A stretch of 64,000 bases of DNA from an uncultured Desulfospira sp. (GCA_963663165.1 OY760175.1:3840001-3904000); one strand, 5' to 3'. Counted from the stretch's first letter, positions 46,874-57,477 are shown. Notes: a model not told the origin generated them from the letters alone. A program made the numbers and translations.

Positions 46874-48364
46874 TTATTTCCTTTTTAAAGTTCTGACCGC
46901 CTCTTCAATATGGCTTTGTTTTACATGATAGCCATGAACCCTGACAGGTTTTTGGCCTGATAATTTGACAATCATATCTCCATCTCCGGTCAAACCTTCA
47001 GCTCCGGTTTCATCCAGAATAATTTTAGACTCAGAGGCTTTTTGGACGGTTAAGGCAATTCTTGATGGGATATTTGAACGCAACAACCCGGTAAAGGTTT
47101 TGGCATCCGGGCGCTGTGTGGCTAAAACCATATGAATTCCTGAAGATCGCGCTTTCTGGGCCAGAAAAACCAATTGGGTTTCCGTATCCGGACTTCGAAG
47201 TACCAAATCTGCCAATTCATCAACGAAAACAATAATTCTTGGCAAGCTTTGAGCCCCTGAAGCATGATACTCATCTATATTTCTGACTTTTTGGGCGGCA
47301 AACAGCTTTTCACGTTTTTCCATTTCCATGCAAAGCTCCCCCAACGTTTTGGTCACATCTTCGGGTTCTGAAATTATGGGCTGGTAGAGAAAATTTTCCA
47401 GGTCATTATAATCGTTAAATTCCACCCGCTTGGCATCAATAAAACAAAACCGCAGTGACTGAGGGGTGTTTGTTGTCAGCAAAGAGAGAATAAGCGCATG
47501 AATGCATATACTTTTACCACTGCCCGTAGTTCCACCGATCAAAAGATGGGGGGTCTTTGCCAGATCAAAAATAAAAGGATCTCCCATAATATCCACACCT
47601 GGACAGACCGGCAAGTGCCCCTTTCCTACATCCGGAGTCAAACCTGAAAAATCGATCTCAATTTTTTTCCAGGAAGTTTTTTTACGGGGAATATCAATTC
47701 CGATCAGTCTTGGCTCATTTGTTCTGCTAAGAACCAGAGACCCGGTATCTTTTCCCAAGGAAAACGCCAATTTATCAAGATTTTTTTCAAGCCGTTCAAG
47801 GTCCTGAAGGTTCTCCAGATACACAAGATAACGGGACAGCCTTACCCCTTCTATCTCATTTTGGATTTTTCCGGTAACACCGATCTCAGGCAAGACAGAT
47901 GAAAGGTCAGCGGTATCATCCGGTTCCACCGATGTCACCGGCCTGTCCGGTCCGTCGGAAAATAAATCATAAGCCAGAAAAGAATGAAAATCATGCCCAT
48001 CCTTCCAGGATGTGCGGATTTCATGAAGCCCCCTTCGAACGTGGCGCTGCATATATCTCCGGAAAAGCTCCGGATCAGCAAACAGGTCTTCTTCATAATA
48101 GGCACTTAGAACAGCACAGAAGACATCGGTATAATCATCCTCCTGCCGCTCCCCGGTCAATTGTTCAAAACTGTATTCACTGCCCCCTTCTGACCGGTCT
48201 TCAATTTTCTCCCATCCCTGTTCCGGATATTCGGGGATTTTAAGGGAAAGGGCCAGGGCCAGCCTCAATGATACCCATTTGGGAAGGCCTTTAACCCCTA
48301 ACCCTTTGGAGATGATCTGGTCGATGATTTTTTCATCTGAATGGCCGGTATATATTTTTGCCAT
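46874..48364 (-). CDS. DndE-like DNA-binding domain fused to an FtsK/SpoIIIE ATPase
   Basis: N-terminal KWVSLRLALALSL...HVRRGL DndE-like pattern; PHLLIGGTTGSGKS, IDAKRVE, VDELADL, KARSSGIHMVLATQRP, GAEGL.G.GDM; no TM or gamma domain. Confidence 0.78.
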   Translation of the reverse strand: MAKIYTGHSDEKIIDQIISKGLGVKGLPKWVSLRLALALSLKIPEYPEQGWEKIEDRSEGGSEYSFEQLTGERQEDDYTDVFCAVLSAYYEEDLFADPELFRRYMQRHVRRGLHEIRTSWKDGHDFHSFLAYDLFSDGPDRPVTSVEPDDTADLSSVLPEIGVTGKIQNEIEGVRLSRYLVYLENLQDLERLEKNLDKLAFSLGKDTGSLVLSRTNEPRLIGIDIPRKKTSWKKIEIDFSGLTPDVGKGHLPVCPGVDIMGDPFIFDLAKTPHLLIGGTTGSGKSICIHALILSLLTTNTPQSLRFCFIDAKRVEFNDYNDLENFLYQPIISEPEDVTKTLGELCMEMEKREKLFAAQKVRNIDEYHASGAQSLPRIIVFVDELADLVLRSPDTETQLVFLAQKARSSGIHMVLATQRPDAKTFTGLLRSNIPSRIALTVQKASESKIILDETGAEGLTGDGDMIVKLSGQKPVRVHGYHVKQSHIEEAVRTLKRK

Positions 48365-48374
48365 GAAAATTCCT

Positions 48375-50392
48375 TTAGCTGTCCGGGTACATTTGCTTCA
48401 GTCTGGGTTCAGTGGACTCTCCGTCCCAATTCTCCAGTTGGTATTCTTTGTATATGTGTGGGCAGAGCAGCCTGTATTTTTCCTCATCCAGTTCAGAGTC
48501 CGTGGGCAAAAGGATGACCTGCTTTCCCACGCTTGGGTAATAATTTTTCAGCAAGCTTCTTTGATTTACCGCATCCAGCCTTCCTAAAGGAGTATCTATG
48601 ACAACCGGAACCTCCTTTCTTGAAACTGTTTTTAAGGCCCATAATAGGGCCGTAGCAACCAGTTGTTTATTGCCCGAAGAAAGGTTGGTCCGTCCAATCT
48701 CATCCCCGGAATCATCCAGATAGGTTAATTCAAAGGTGTCCGATACCGATATCTTTTTGACCTGGGGGAGATTTGAGATCAATATCTTTGTGTACTTATC
48801 CAAAGTCTCCTCTACATCCCCCCTTTTTAATATTTTCAGATCCTGTTTATACTGGTTGAAAAATTTGCGAAGACCTTTTGCCAGATCAACCTTTTTCCTG
48901 GTCCTTTTGCTCAGTTCAACCTGTTTCTCCTGGTCCCGGATCTCTTTTTTTAATTGCTGGATATGTCTTTGTCTGATTTCTTTCTCAGTCTGGGATTTTT
49001 GAATTTCCTTTTTTATTCCTCCCCGCTCTTCGATTTGCCTTTTAGTTCCTCTGAAAGAAAATTAATTCGTTCCCGCTCTTCATCGGTCAGCCCTGCTGCC
49101 TCGGAAATATCGAAATCAATGCCTGCTATTTCCCGATTAAAGTCATGAATCTGTGCCAGGGTTCGTTTGATCTCCTCCCTGGCCCTGTTTAAGCCCCTAT
49201 ACTGAATAAATTGTTCATGCAATTGTTTGGCCGTTTTGAGGTCCAGTGATACCACGCCTGAATCCATATCCGGTATCCTTGCATCGATCAGGCCAATAAG
49301 ACGTTTTTTCAAGAATCGTTTCTGGCCGGGTTCCAGCTCAGGATTTGGATAGGGCGGCTCATCCAGCAGTCCCGGTACCAGGCTCTTTTTCAGGCTTTCC
49401 AATATTTCGGCCGCTTCACCCAGTTTGCTGCCGGCTGCTTTTTCAATATATTTTTCAGCTTTTTCTACAAGGCCGGGATTGGCCAGCAACGGGGATTCTT
49501 TGCGGATCAGATCCGCAAACAGGGCCTCCCTTTTTTCTTTTTCCGCGACGGCTATCTCACGGGAAGTATTCAAACGCCCAATGTCCTGACGATTCCGGAG
49601 ATATTCCAGTTTTTTCAGTTCATTTTCAATCTCATTGACCTCATGGTCCAGATCCATTTTCTGGTCTTCCCAATCCCGTTGTTTTTCATTTTCCTCTGCA
49701 ATGGCCAATTCATCTTTCTTTAACTGGTCCTGGGTTTCATATAGAATTCGTCTTTTTTCTTCCTCCATAGCATCCTGCTGCCACTCTTTTACCACTGTTT
49801 TAAGCTCTGAACGAAGGTAGTCAATGGGGGCAATATCCAAAAGCCTTTCCATATCCGTTTTAAAGGATTCTTGATCTGTGGATTCCACAAGACGTTCAAT
49901 CTGTTCACTGTCAAAAAAGAAAAACGGAATATAAGCCGGTGGCAGGCGTTGTTCAATAAATTCCCTGGCGTCTTTATCCTGAAGCCGGTTTCCATTATGG
50001 ATAATTTCCAATTCCCCGAAAAAATTTTTGCCATTCAGATCCCATGACCGTTCAGCCAAAACCACTGAACCGGCTTCGGTCCATTCAATGGACACACTGC
50101 ACCGGGTATCCCCCCTCTGAACAGCCTTCCGGTTCACGATTCCCAGCCAGGTTCTACCGTCTCCAATGACAAACCGTTTTTGACCCAGAGGCCGGCCGGT
50201 AATATCCACGGCCAAAGATTCCGTGGTACCGGCAAACAGCAGTTTGAGACTGCGGATAAAGCTGGTTTTCCCGTATCCGTTTCTCCCTGAAATTAAAACG
50301 ATATTTGCCTGTTCACTTCCTCCTGTCAGGTCAAATTCAACCGGGCCAAAATAGGAAAATAGATTGTTGAGGATGATTTTATTGAATTTCAT
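48375..50392 (-). pseudogene. dndD: DNA phosphorothioation ATPase DndD split by a 1-nt frameshift near 49041
   Basis: N-half GRNGYGKTS, FFFDSEQI and coiled coil; C-half LSSGNKQ, IDTPLGRLD, QVILLPTDSE; one extra base at CTAAAAGG restores a 672-aa ORF. Confidence 0.85.
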
Positions 50393-51723
50393 GCGTCAGC
50401 TGTCTCTTGCTGGACCACGGATCGTTCCAGCATTTTTTTTATTTCCCGGGTCAATTGCTTTTTGGCCCCGTAGGTATTCAACGTGGGAAGCTGCTCTTTA
50501 ACCATGTCTAAAAGACTTCGAATCAATTCAGGCGGTAATTCCTCGTAACTTGGCAGCAGTTCATCCAAGAGCCGGTCTTCCTCTGAAGTGCGAAAACTCT
50601 GTTTCATTTCAGATACCTCCCTGTTATATTGAGCGGCAATTTTCAGTGCTGAATCCTGAAAATCAATTTCTTTGGTCCATGTGTCATGTATATAAGCGAT
50701 TTCCATATCAGAAATCAATTGTCGTCCCATCTGCTGTTCTATTTCCAGCAAGTAGTTAAAGATTTCTTTACGGGTATCAAATGTGAAAGGCCCTATGCCT
50801 TTTGAACCGTCCCGTCTGAAAGGCATCCTCCTGCCAGGTTCTTCCCGGATCTGCTTGATCCAGTCCCTGAATTCATTAAGCGGCTTCATCCAGGCTTCCC
50901 CGGTTTGGATAAAACCCTGCATGGAAATATCTTTTTTTACAACCGTACATGTCCAGCAGCCAAACCGGCTTCCACCACAGGAAGGGGACAGCATGTCAAA
51001 AATCATATGACATTCATTCCCTGTAGCTTTGCTGTAGAGTGAGATCAGGTCGTTATGATTGCTTCCCCATGGCGATGGCCTGGTTTGTAAATATTCCCAT
51101 ACCTGATCCGTAGTCCACTCCGCGATCGGAGTTGAAACCAGTGCATTGGAGATTTCATGATGTGGATTTAGCCCCCGATAGCTTTTTTCCCGCCCATTCA
51201 TTCGATTCCGCCGCTCGGAACTCTCATCCATCCGGGTCCCCAAGAGAAGGATAACGCTTCCTTTTTCTCTTGTTATTCTTTCAATTACCTTACGGGTAGG
51301 CCGGATTTTAAGACTGCTGGTACACCAGCGAAACCATCTTGTGGGTGCCGGATACCCCTTTCCAATAAGTTTGGCCCAGAAGGTGGATTCAACTTCCGGT
51401 ACCACGACTTTTACCTGAATGGGCAGCAATCGTTTCTCAACATCCTTTTTAATACAATCAATGGTTTCATGTAAATAAGCTGCAATGTTGGGTGGTTCCA
51501 CACCAGTATCGGAATATATGATATAGACAGGCTTTAGCTTTGAAGGGTCCGTGTCTATCAACATGTGATACACCAATTCCAAAAGGAGTGTGGAATCTTT
51601 GCCCCCTGAAAAGGCAACAACCCATGGGCGCATGTCTTTTTTATATTCTTTTGACAGTTGCTGAATAGTATTTTGGGCAATCGACCCTATGCGGTCTATG
51701 GATATTAAATTTGAATTCATCAT
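50389..51723 (-). CDS. dndC: DNA phosphorothioation sulfurtransferase DndC (PAPS-reductase fold)
   Basis: AFSGGKDS, GKGYPAP..FRWCT..LKI, GTR..ES..R, SCGGSRFGCWTCTVV, GPFT. Confidence 0.92.
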   Translation of the reverse strand: MMNSNLISIDRIGSIAQNTIQQLSKEYKKDMRPWVVAFSGGKDSTLLLELVYHMLIDTDPSKLKPVYIIYSDTGVEPPNIAAYLHETIDCIKKDVEKRLLPIQVKVVVPEVESTFWAKLIGKGYPAPTRWFRWCTSSLKIRPTRKVIERITREKGSVILLLGTRMDESSERRNRMNGREKSYRGLNPHHEISNALVSTPIAEWTTDQVWEYLQTRPSPWGSNHNDLISLYSKATGNECHMIFDMLSPSCGGSRFGCWTCTVVKKDISMQGFIQTGEAWMKPLNEFRDWIKQIREEPGRRMPFRRDGSKGIGPFTFDTRKEIFNYLLEIEQQMGRQLISDMEIAYIHDTWTKEIDFQDSALKIAAQYNREVSEMKQSFRTSEEDRLLDELLPSYEELPPELIRSLLDMVKEQLPTLNTYGAKKQLTREIKKMLERSVVQQETADA

Positions 51724-52021
51724 AATTATGGTTAGGTGGTAATTGTTTTAAATTTTAAATGTATACACATTTTTCCAGGTCATGTCTGCATGTTTTCATT
51801 TAAAAAAGTTGTGTTTGGCAATTAAAGTTTTAGTTTTCTTGCTCGTTGGCGGCAGAAAAGAGGCGGAAAAATTAAAATGAAATAGATAAAAAGTGCCTTA
51901 AGGCCGGAACCACCTATTCTCGGTTTTCTACAGATTCAGAGGGTAACGTCAAAATGCTTTGTGACAGTTTTTCATGCCCGGATTGACAAGAAACAGGGTC
52001 TTGGCCTACAACTGTTCAATC

Positions 52022-53353
52022 ATGAATTCCGGACCAGACAATGTGGAGTACCAAACCCTGATGGAATGCCTGCCCGAAGGCGTTTTTGCCATCAATACCA
52101 AATGGCAGGTGGCTTTTTTTAACCGGGCTGCTGAAGACATTACCGGATATAAACGGCATGAAGTGCTGGGCCGGTACTGCCATGAGGTGTTTCAATCGGA
52201 TCTTTGCGAGCTGGGCTGTCCCTTTAAGGCGGTTCTTGAAACCGGCCGGGAGGCTGAACCCCAGGCGGTCCGGATTTTGTCCAGGGACAGGGTCCTGAAA
52301 ACCATTCTGGTGAATGCCGGGGCGTTGCGGGATGATTCAGGGGCCATGGCCGGTGCGGTCGGAACCTTCAGGACTTTGGGCAGGGAGGAGCAGTCGTCGA
52401 CCACACCAAGGGTGTCCCAGGCCACTTCCCGGATTATCGGGAAAAGCCCGGCCATCCGCCGGCTGTTCAGCATTCTCGGGGATGTCTGTGCCAGTCAGGC
52501 CAATGTGTTTCTCACCGGGGAGAGCGGGACCGGAAAGGAGTTGTTTGCCCGGACCATTCACCAGAACTCTGCCCGTGCCAAACATCCGTTTATGGCCGTT
52601 AACTGCTCTGCCCTGGCCGAGACCCTGCTGGAGTCGGAATTGTTCGGCCATGAAAGATTTGCCTTTACCGGTGCGGTTAAGGCCAAGGCCGGCCGGTTTG
52701 AACTGGTGAAACAGGGCACCCTGTTCCTGGATGAAATCGGGGACCTTAAACCCGGACTTCAGGTTAAACTGCTCCGGGTGCTGGAACAAAGGGAATTTGA
52801 ACGGGTGGGCGGCATCTGTCCTATCCCTCTTGAGGCCCGGATTATCTGCGCCACCAACCGGGATCTGTCCCGGGCACTGGCGGACGGCTCCTTTAGAAAG
52901 GACTTTTATTACCGGTTACAGACGGTTCCCCTGGTGATCCCGCCCCTTCGCCGGCGCAAAGAGGACATCCCCCTGCTGGTCGATTTTTTTATCCGGACCT
53001 TCAATGTTTCATTTAAAAAAAAGGTGAAAGGGGTGGCCCCGGAGGTAATGACATTTTTTGCCCAATACCACTGGCCCGGCAATGTAAGGGAGCTTGAACG
53101 GACCATTGAACATGCCTTTGTGTTTGTAAAGAGCGATGTGATTGGTCTGGAAAACCTGCCCTCCCGTGATATGTTCAGCCCGGAACCGGCCCCAAGGCCG
53201 GCAGCGGACAGCCGTAAAATCGAACTGACCATGGACGAAATTTCCAGTGCCCTTGAGCAGGCCGGCGGCAGAAAAGAAAAAGCGGCTGAACTTCTCGGCA
53301 TCAGCCGGACATCCCTGTGGCGGAAAATAAAGGCCTTTCCTCCTCTCGAGTAG
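52022..53353 (+). CDS. PAS-domain sigma54-dependent activator
   Basis: PAS; GESGTGKE, ESELFGHE..AFTGA, WPGNVRELE, Fis HTH; start probably MNSGP. Confidence 0.92.
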   Translation: MNSGPDNVEYQTLMECLPEGVFAINTKWQVAFFNRAAEDITGYKRHEVLGRYCHEVFQSDLCELGCPFKAVLETGREAEPQAVRILSRDRVLKTILVNAGALRDDSGAMAGAVGTFRTLGREEQSSTTPRVSQATSRIIGKSPAIRRLFSILGDVCASQANVFLTGESGTGKELFARTIHQNSARAKHPFMAVNCSALAETLLESELFGHERFAFTGAVKAKAGRFELVKQGTLFLDEIGDLKPGLQVKLLRVLEQREFERVGGICPIPLEARIICATNRDLSRALADGSFRKDFYYRLQTVPLVIPPLRRRKEDIPLLVDFFIRTFNVSFKKKVKGVAPEVMTFFAQYHWPGNVRELERTIEHAFVFVKSDVIGLENLPSRDMFSPEPAPRPAADSRKIELTMDEISSALEQAGGRKEKAAELLGISRTSLWRKIKAFPPLE

Positions 53354-53370
53354 GCCCGTTCCAGCAAGAA

Positions 53371-53480
53371 TGTTTCAAACGTTTCAAGCGTTTCAACACT
53401 TAAACACATTTCGATTGCTTATGTAAATTCAAATTGTTATAGTGAAACGCTCGCCTCGTCGGTTTAAATAATGTTTCAAT
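53371..53480. promoter_or_regulatory. Candidate enhancer (UAS) repeats GTTTCAA
   Basis: Three tandem GTTTCAA at 53372-53396, TGAAAC near 53443 and TGTTTCAA near 53472, upstream of the sigma54 site. Confidence 0.45.
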
Positions 53481-53552
53481 TTAACCCGGGCCAGAGGGCC
53501 AGCTGACTCCCGGATCGTCTGCATTATCAGTAATTCAGACAAGATATGCCGG

Positions 53553-53569
53553 CTGGCCTGATTTTTGCT
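53553..53569 (+). promoter_or_regulatory. Sigma54 -24/-12 promoter
   Basis: CTGGCCTGATTTTTGCT with GG-N10-GC spacing. Confidence 0.7.
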
Positions 53570-53661
53570 GTCCATGAATAAGGCCCGGAAGAGGAACACA
53601 TCAATCAAAGAGAGCTGACACATGATGCCGAACCGCCGCACCACAAAGGGGATCAACACCA

Positions 53662-55017
53662 ATGCCTGACAGACCGGGGATTAGAAAAACGGTCCGGGGG
53701 CTATCCTTTCTTCCCCGCATGGATTACCCGGACCTGTTTGACGGTCTGCCCCTTGGGGTTTTTGCCGTTGACCGGAACCAGCGGATCACGGCATTCAATA
53801 AACAGGCCCAGAAACTTACGGGGGTGACGCCCCAGGAGGCGGTCGGCGCCCCTTGCAGCAAAATCTTCCAGGGCGGTGACTGCCGTCATGAGTGTCCCTT
53901 CACAGACCTGTTTGACAACCACCTCCCCCCTTCAAGAAAAGAGATGACCCTTCAAAATACCCGGGGTGTCCCCCTCAGGGTCAGCATGAAAACCGCTGCA
54001 CTGACAGACAGTTTTGGACAGATCACCGGCGGGATTGCAAGCTTTGGCAGATCTTTGGGGCCGTTGAGCCGGACCATGCCGTTAAACGGGCCGGATACCT
54101 TTGAGGGAATGGTGGGCCGGAGCCCGGCCATGAAATCCATTTTTGAAAAACTGCCCGACATTGCCCAAAGCCCTGTCAGCGTTTTGATAACCGGCGAAAG
54201 CGGCACGGGAAAGGACATGGTGGCCAGGGCCATCCACAACCTGTCCGACAGAAAGGAAAACCCCTTTCAGGTGGTCAACTGTTCGGCCCTGTCCGAGACC
54301 CTGCTGGAGTCCGAACTGTTCGGCCACGAAAAAGGCGCCTTTACAGACGCGGCCTATGCCAAGCCCGGCCGGTTTGAATTAGCGGCCGGCGGCACCTTTT
54401 TCCTGGATGAAATCGGGGACATGAAACCCTCCCTTCAGGTCAAGTTTTTAAGGGTACTGGAACAAAAAGAGTTTGAACGGGTGGGATCGGACCGGACATT
54501 AAAAATGACCGCCCGGATCATTGCGGCCACCCACCACAATTTAGAGCATAAAGACAGCGGTTTCAGGCCGGATCTCTATTACCGGTTAAGGACCATCCCC
54601 CTTCATCTGCCGCCCTTAAGGGAACGCAAAGAAGACATCCCTCGGCTGGTAGACCATTTTATCACAGCCTTTAACCACCAGTATAACAAACAGGTAAGGC
54701 TGCTGGACCCGGCGGTCCAGTCCATATTTTTAGACTATGACTGGCCCGGCAACGTCCGGGAACTTTCCCGGGTCATGGAACACGCCTTTGTTTTTGTCAA
54801 AGGGCCCATTATTTTTCTTCGGTATCTGCCGGAAAACCCGGCCTTTACTCGGGGCAGGGGCCGGAAAAAATCAGGCGCCCGTCCCATATCTGAAAAAGAA
54901 AGGATCACCAGAGCATTGGAAAAAACCGGCCGGAAAAGAGCGGCTGCCGCGCAGCTCTTAGGCATAAGCCGGTCTACATTATGGCGTAAAATGAAACACT
55001 TCGGCCTGCAGGGCTAA
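53662..55017 (+). CDS. PAS-domain sigma54-dependent activator 2
   Basis: GESGTGKD, ESELFGHEKGAFTDA, WPGNVREL, HTH; true start may be MDYP (53719). Confidence 0.92.
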   Translation: MPDRPGIRKTVRGLSFLPRMDYPDLFDGLPLGVFAVDRNQRITAFNKQAQKLTGVTPQEAVGAPCSKIFQGGDCRHECPFTDLFDNHLPPSRKEMTLQNTRGVPLRVSMKTAALTDSFGQITGGIASFGRSLGPLSRTMPLNGPDTFEGMVGRSPAMKSIFEKLPDIAQSPVSVLITGESGTGKDMVARAIHNLSDRKENPFQVVNCSALSETLLESELFGHEKGAFTDAAYAKPGRFELAAGGTFFLDEIGDMKPSLQVKFLRVLEQKEFERVGSDRTLKMTARIIAATHHNLEHKDSGFRPDLYYRLRTIPLHLPPLRERKEDIPRLVDHFITAFNHQYNKQVRLLDPAVQSIFLDYDWPGNVRELSRVMEHAFVFVKGPIIFLRYLPENPAFTRGRGRKKSGARPISEKERITRALEKTGRKRAAAAQLLGISRSTLWRKMKHFGLQG

Positions 55018-55074
55018 GCTATCCTGACAGGTGAACACCAATTTTGTTCAATACCATATTAAAGGAGATCATCC

Positions 55075-55572
55075 ATGAAAGCATCCATGCAACCTATTGA
55101 TGAATTGCTGGATAAATATCCGGCCAAGCCGGAGTACCTGATCGGGCTGCTTCAGGATATCCAGGCACAGCAGGGCTACATCTCATATGATGCCATGCGC
55201 CTGGCCAGCGAACACACCCGGGTCCCCTTAACCCGGGCCTATTCGGTGGCGACCTTTTACCAGTCTTTCAGGCTGGATCCCCCGGGCGAGCATGAAATCA
55301 AGGTCTGCCTGGGAACCGCCTGCCACCTTAAAGGCGGACAGCAGCTGGTGGAAGGGGTGGCCCGTAAACTTGGGGTCGAGCCCGGAGAGACCACCGGTGA
55401 CATGATGTTTACATTGAGTACGGTCAACTGTGTGGGGGCCTGCGCCATTGCACCGGTGGCCATTGTGGATGAGGAGTACCACCCCAAATCCACCATTCAG
55501 AAGGTTGAAAAAGAGATCAACAAAATCCTGGATCCTTCATCAGACAGTGAAAAAGGAGACCCCAATGAATAG
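55075..55572 (+). CDS. NuoE/HydC-like [2Fe-2S] subunit
   Basis: VATFY, VCLGTACHLKG, VNCVGACAIAP. Confidence 0.9.
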   Translation: MKASMQPIDELLDKYPAKPEYLIGLLQDIQAQQGYISYDAMRLASEHTRVPLTRAYSVATFYQSFRLDPPGEHEIKVCLGTACHLKGGQQLVEGVARKLGVEPGETTGDMMFTLSTVNCVGACAIAPVAIVDEEYHPKSTIQKVEKEINKILDPSSDSEKGDPNE

Positions 55573-57466
55573 TCAAGCGATTGCTGTAAGAAAAAGCCCT
55601 GGAAGGCTTCAATCCCTGGATGACCTGAACAAGCTTCAAGAACAGATTAAGGCAGGGATTGATCCGGACCGGACCCAGATTCTGGTATGCCACGGAAACG
55701 GCTGTCTGGCCAGCGGCGCTGAAAAGGTGACCCAGGCCCTTAAGGCGGCCCTGGAGGAATCCGGGGCAGACGCCAAGGTCATGGCCGGGATCAAAACCAC
55801 CGGATGCCAGGGATTCTGCTCAAAGGGTCCCTTGCTGGTCATCGAGCCCAAGGGCATTTTTTACCAGAAGGTCAAGCCCAAAGACGCTAAAGAAATTGTT
55901 GAAAAGACCATTCAAAACGGCGAGATCATCGACCGGCTGCTGTATGTCGATCCCAATACCGGGGAAAAGATTCCCCTTGAAGATGACATCCCCTTTTACA
56001 AACACCAGGACCAGAAAGTCCTTCGCAATATTGGCAAAATTGACCCCACCGAGATTGACGACGCCATCATGACCGGCGCCTATCAGGCCCTGGCAAAGGC
56101 CTTGACCTCCATGACCCCGGAAGAGGTGGTCAAAGAGGTGGAGATTTCAGGCCTCAGGGGCCGGGGCGGGGCCGGGTTCCCCACCGGGCGCAAATGGCGC
56201 AGCGCACTCCAGGCCATAGAAAAGAAGGGACGGCCTGTTTATGTGGTGGTCAACGGGGATGAGGGTGATCCCGGGGCCTTCATGGACGGCGCCATTATGG
56301 AAGGCGATCCCCACGCCGTGGTGGAAGGCCTGATCCTCGGGGCCTATGCCTTAGGGGCCAGCCAGGGGTTCCTCTATGTCAGGGCGGAATATCCCCTGGC
56401 CATTAAACACCTGGAAAGGGCCATGGCACAGGCCCGGGAGTACGGGCTTCTCGGCGACAACATCCTCAATTCCGGATTTTCCTTTGACGCCCGGATCGCC
56501 CGGGGCGCCGGGGCCTTTGTCTGCGGGGAATCCACAGCCTTGTTTACCTCCATTGAAGGCAAACCCGGCAACCCGAGACCCAAGTATGTCCGTTCCGTTG
56601 AAGAGGGCTTGTGGAACCGGCCCACGGTATTGAACAATGTGGAAACCTGGGCCAATATCCCCATGATTATCTCCAACGGCGGGGAATGGTACAGCAAAAT
56701 CGGCGCCCCCCACAGCACCGGCACAAAGGTGTTCTCCCTGGTGGGCAAGGTCAACAACGTCGGCCTTGTGGAGGTTCCCATGGGCCGTCCGCTGTCGGAA
56801 ATCGTTGAGACCATCGGCGGCGGCATCCCGGGCGGGGGAAATTTCAAAGCGGTTCAAACCGGCGGTCCTTCCGGCGGCTGTATGCCCTACCACCTCAAAG
56901 ATACGCCCGTGGACTTTGACTCTCTGACCAAGGCCGGCTCCATGATGGGGTCCGGGGCCATGATCGTCATGGACGATACCGACTGCGTGGTTGACTTAGG
57001 CCGGTATTTCCTGCGGTTCCTGGAAGAGGAGTCCTGCGGCAAGTGCATGCCCTGCCGGCTAGGGCTGTCCAGGATGCGCGAAATCCTGGACAACTTCAGT
57101 GAAGGCAAGGGAACAAGGGCCGATATTGATGATTTAAAGAGCCTGGCCCAGGCCATCCAGGATGGGGCTCTGTGCGCCCTTGGCACCAGCGCGCCCAACC
57201 CGGTGCTGACCACCATCCGGTATTTCGAGGACGAGTATATCGCCCATGTGGAGGACCATAAATGCCCGGCCGGCGTGTGCAAGAGCCTGATTACCTACGA
57301 AATTGATCCGGACAAGTGTACGGGCTGTACCAGCTGTGCCAGAAAATGTCCGGTGGGCTGTATTACGGGAGACAAGAAAGAACCCCATACCATTAATGCC
57401 GATGAATGTATCCGGTGCGGCATCTGCAGGCAGTCCTGTAAATTTGATGCCATCCGGGTCATATAA
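55565..57466 (+). CDS. NuoF/HydB-like FMN/NADH-binding subunit
   Basis: N-terminal [2Fe-2S], GRGGAGFP, DEGDPGAFMD, GAGAFVCGE, GGPSGG, ESCGKC.PCR, C-terminal 2x[4Fe-4S]; start MNSQ. Confidence 0.93.
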   Translation: MNSQAIAVRKSPGRLQSLDDLNKLQEQIKAGIDPDRTQILVCHGNGCLASGAEKVTQALKAALEESGADAKVMAGIKTTGCQGFCSKGPLLVIEPKGIFYQKVKPKDAKEIVEKTIQNGEIIDRLLYVDPNTGEKIPLEDDIPFYKHQDQKVLRNIGKIDPTEIDDAIMTGAYQALAKALTSMTPEEVVKEVEISGLRGRGGAGFPTGRKWRSALQAIEKKGRPVYVVVNGDEGDPGAFMDGAIMEGDPHAVVEGLILGAYALGASQGFLYVRAEYPLAIKHLERAMAQAREYGLLGDNILNSGFSFDARIARGAGAFVCGESTALFTSIEGKPGNPRPKYVRSVEEGLWNRPTVLNNVETWANIPMIISNGGEWYSKIGAPHSTGTKVFSLVGKVNNVGLVEVPMGRPLSEIVETIGGGIPGGGNFKAVQTGGPSGGCMPYHLKDTPVDFDSLTKAGSMMGSGAMIVMDDTDCVVDLGRYFLRFLEEESCGKCMPCRLGLSRMREILDNFSEGKGTRADIDDLKSLAQAIQDGALCALGTSAPNPVLTTIRYFEDEYIAHVEDHKCPAGVCKSLITYEIDPDKCTGCTSCARKCPVGCITGDKKEPHTINADECIRCGICRQSCKFDAIRVI

Positions 57467-57477
57467 GGGAGGTTGTC

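Noticed and set aside
46874..48364. Housekeeping cell-division ftsK
   Set aside because: No TM or gamma domain, and it is embedded in the dnd operon
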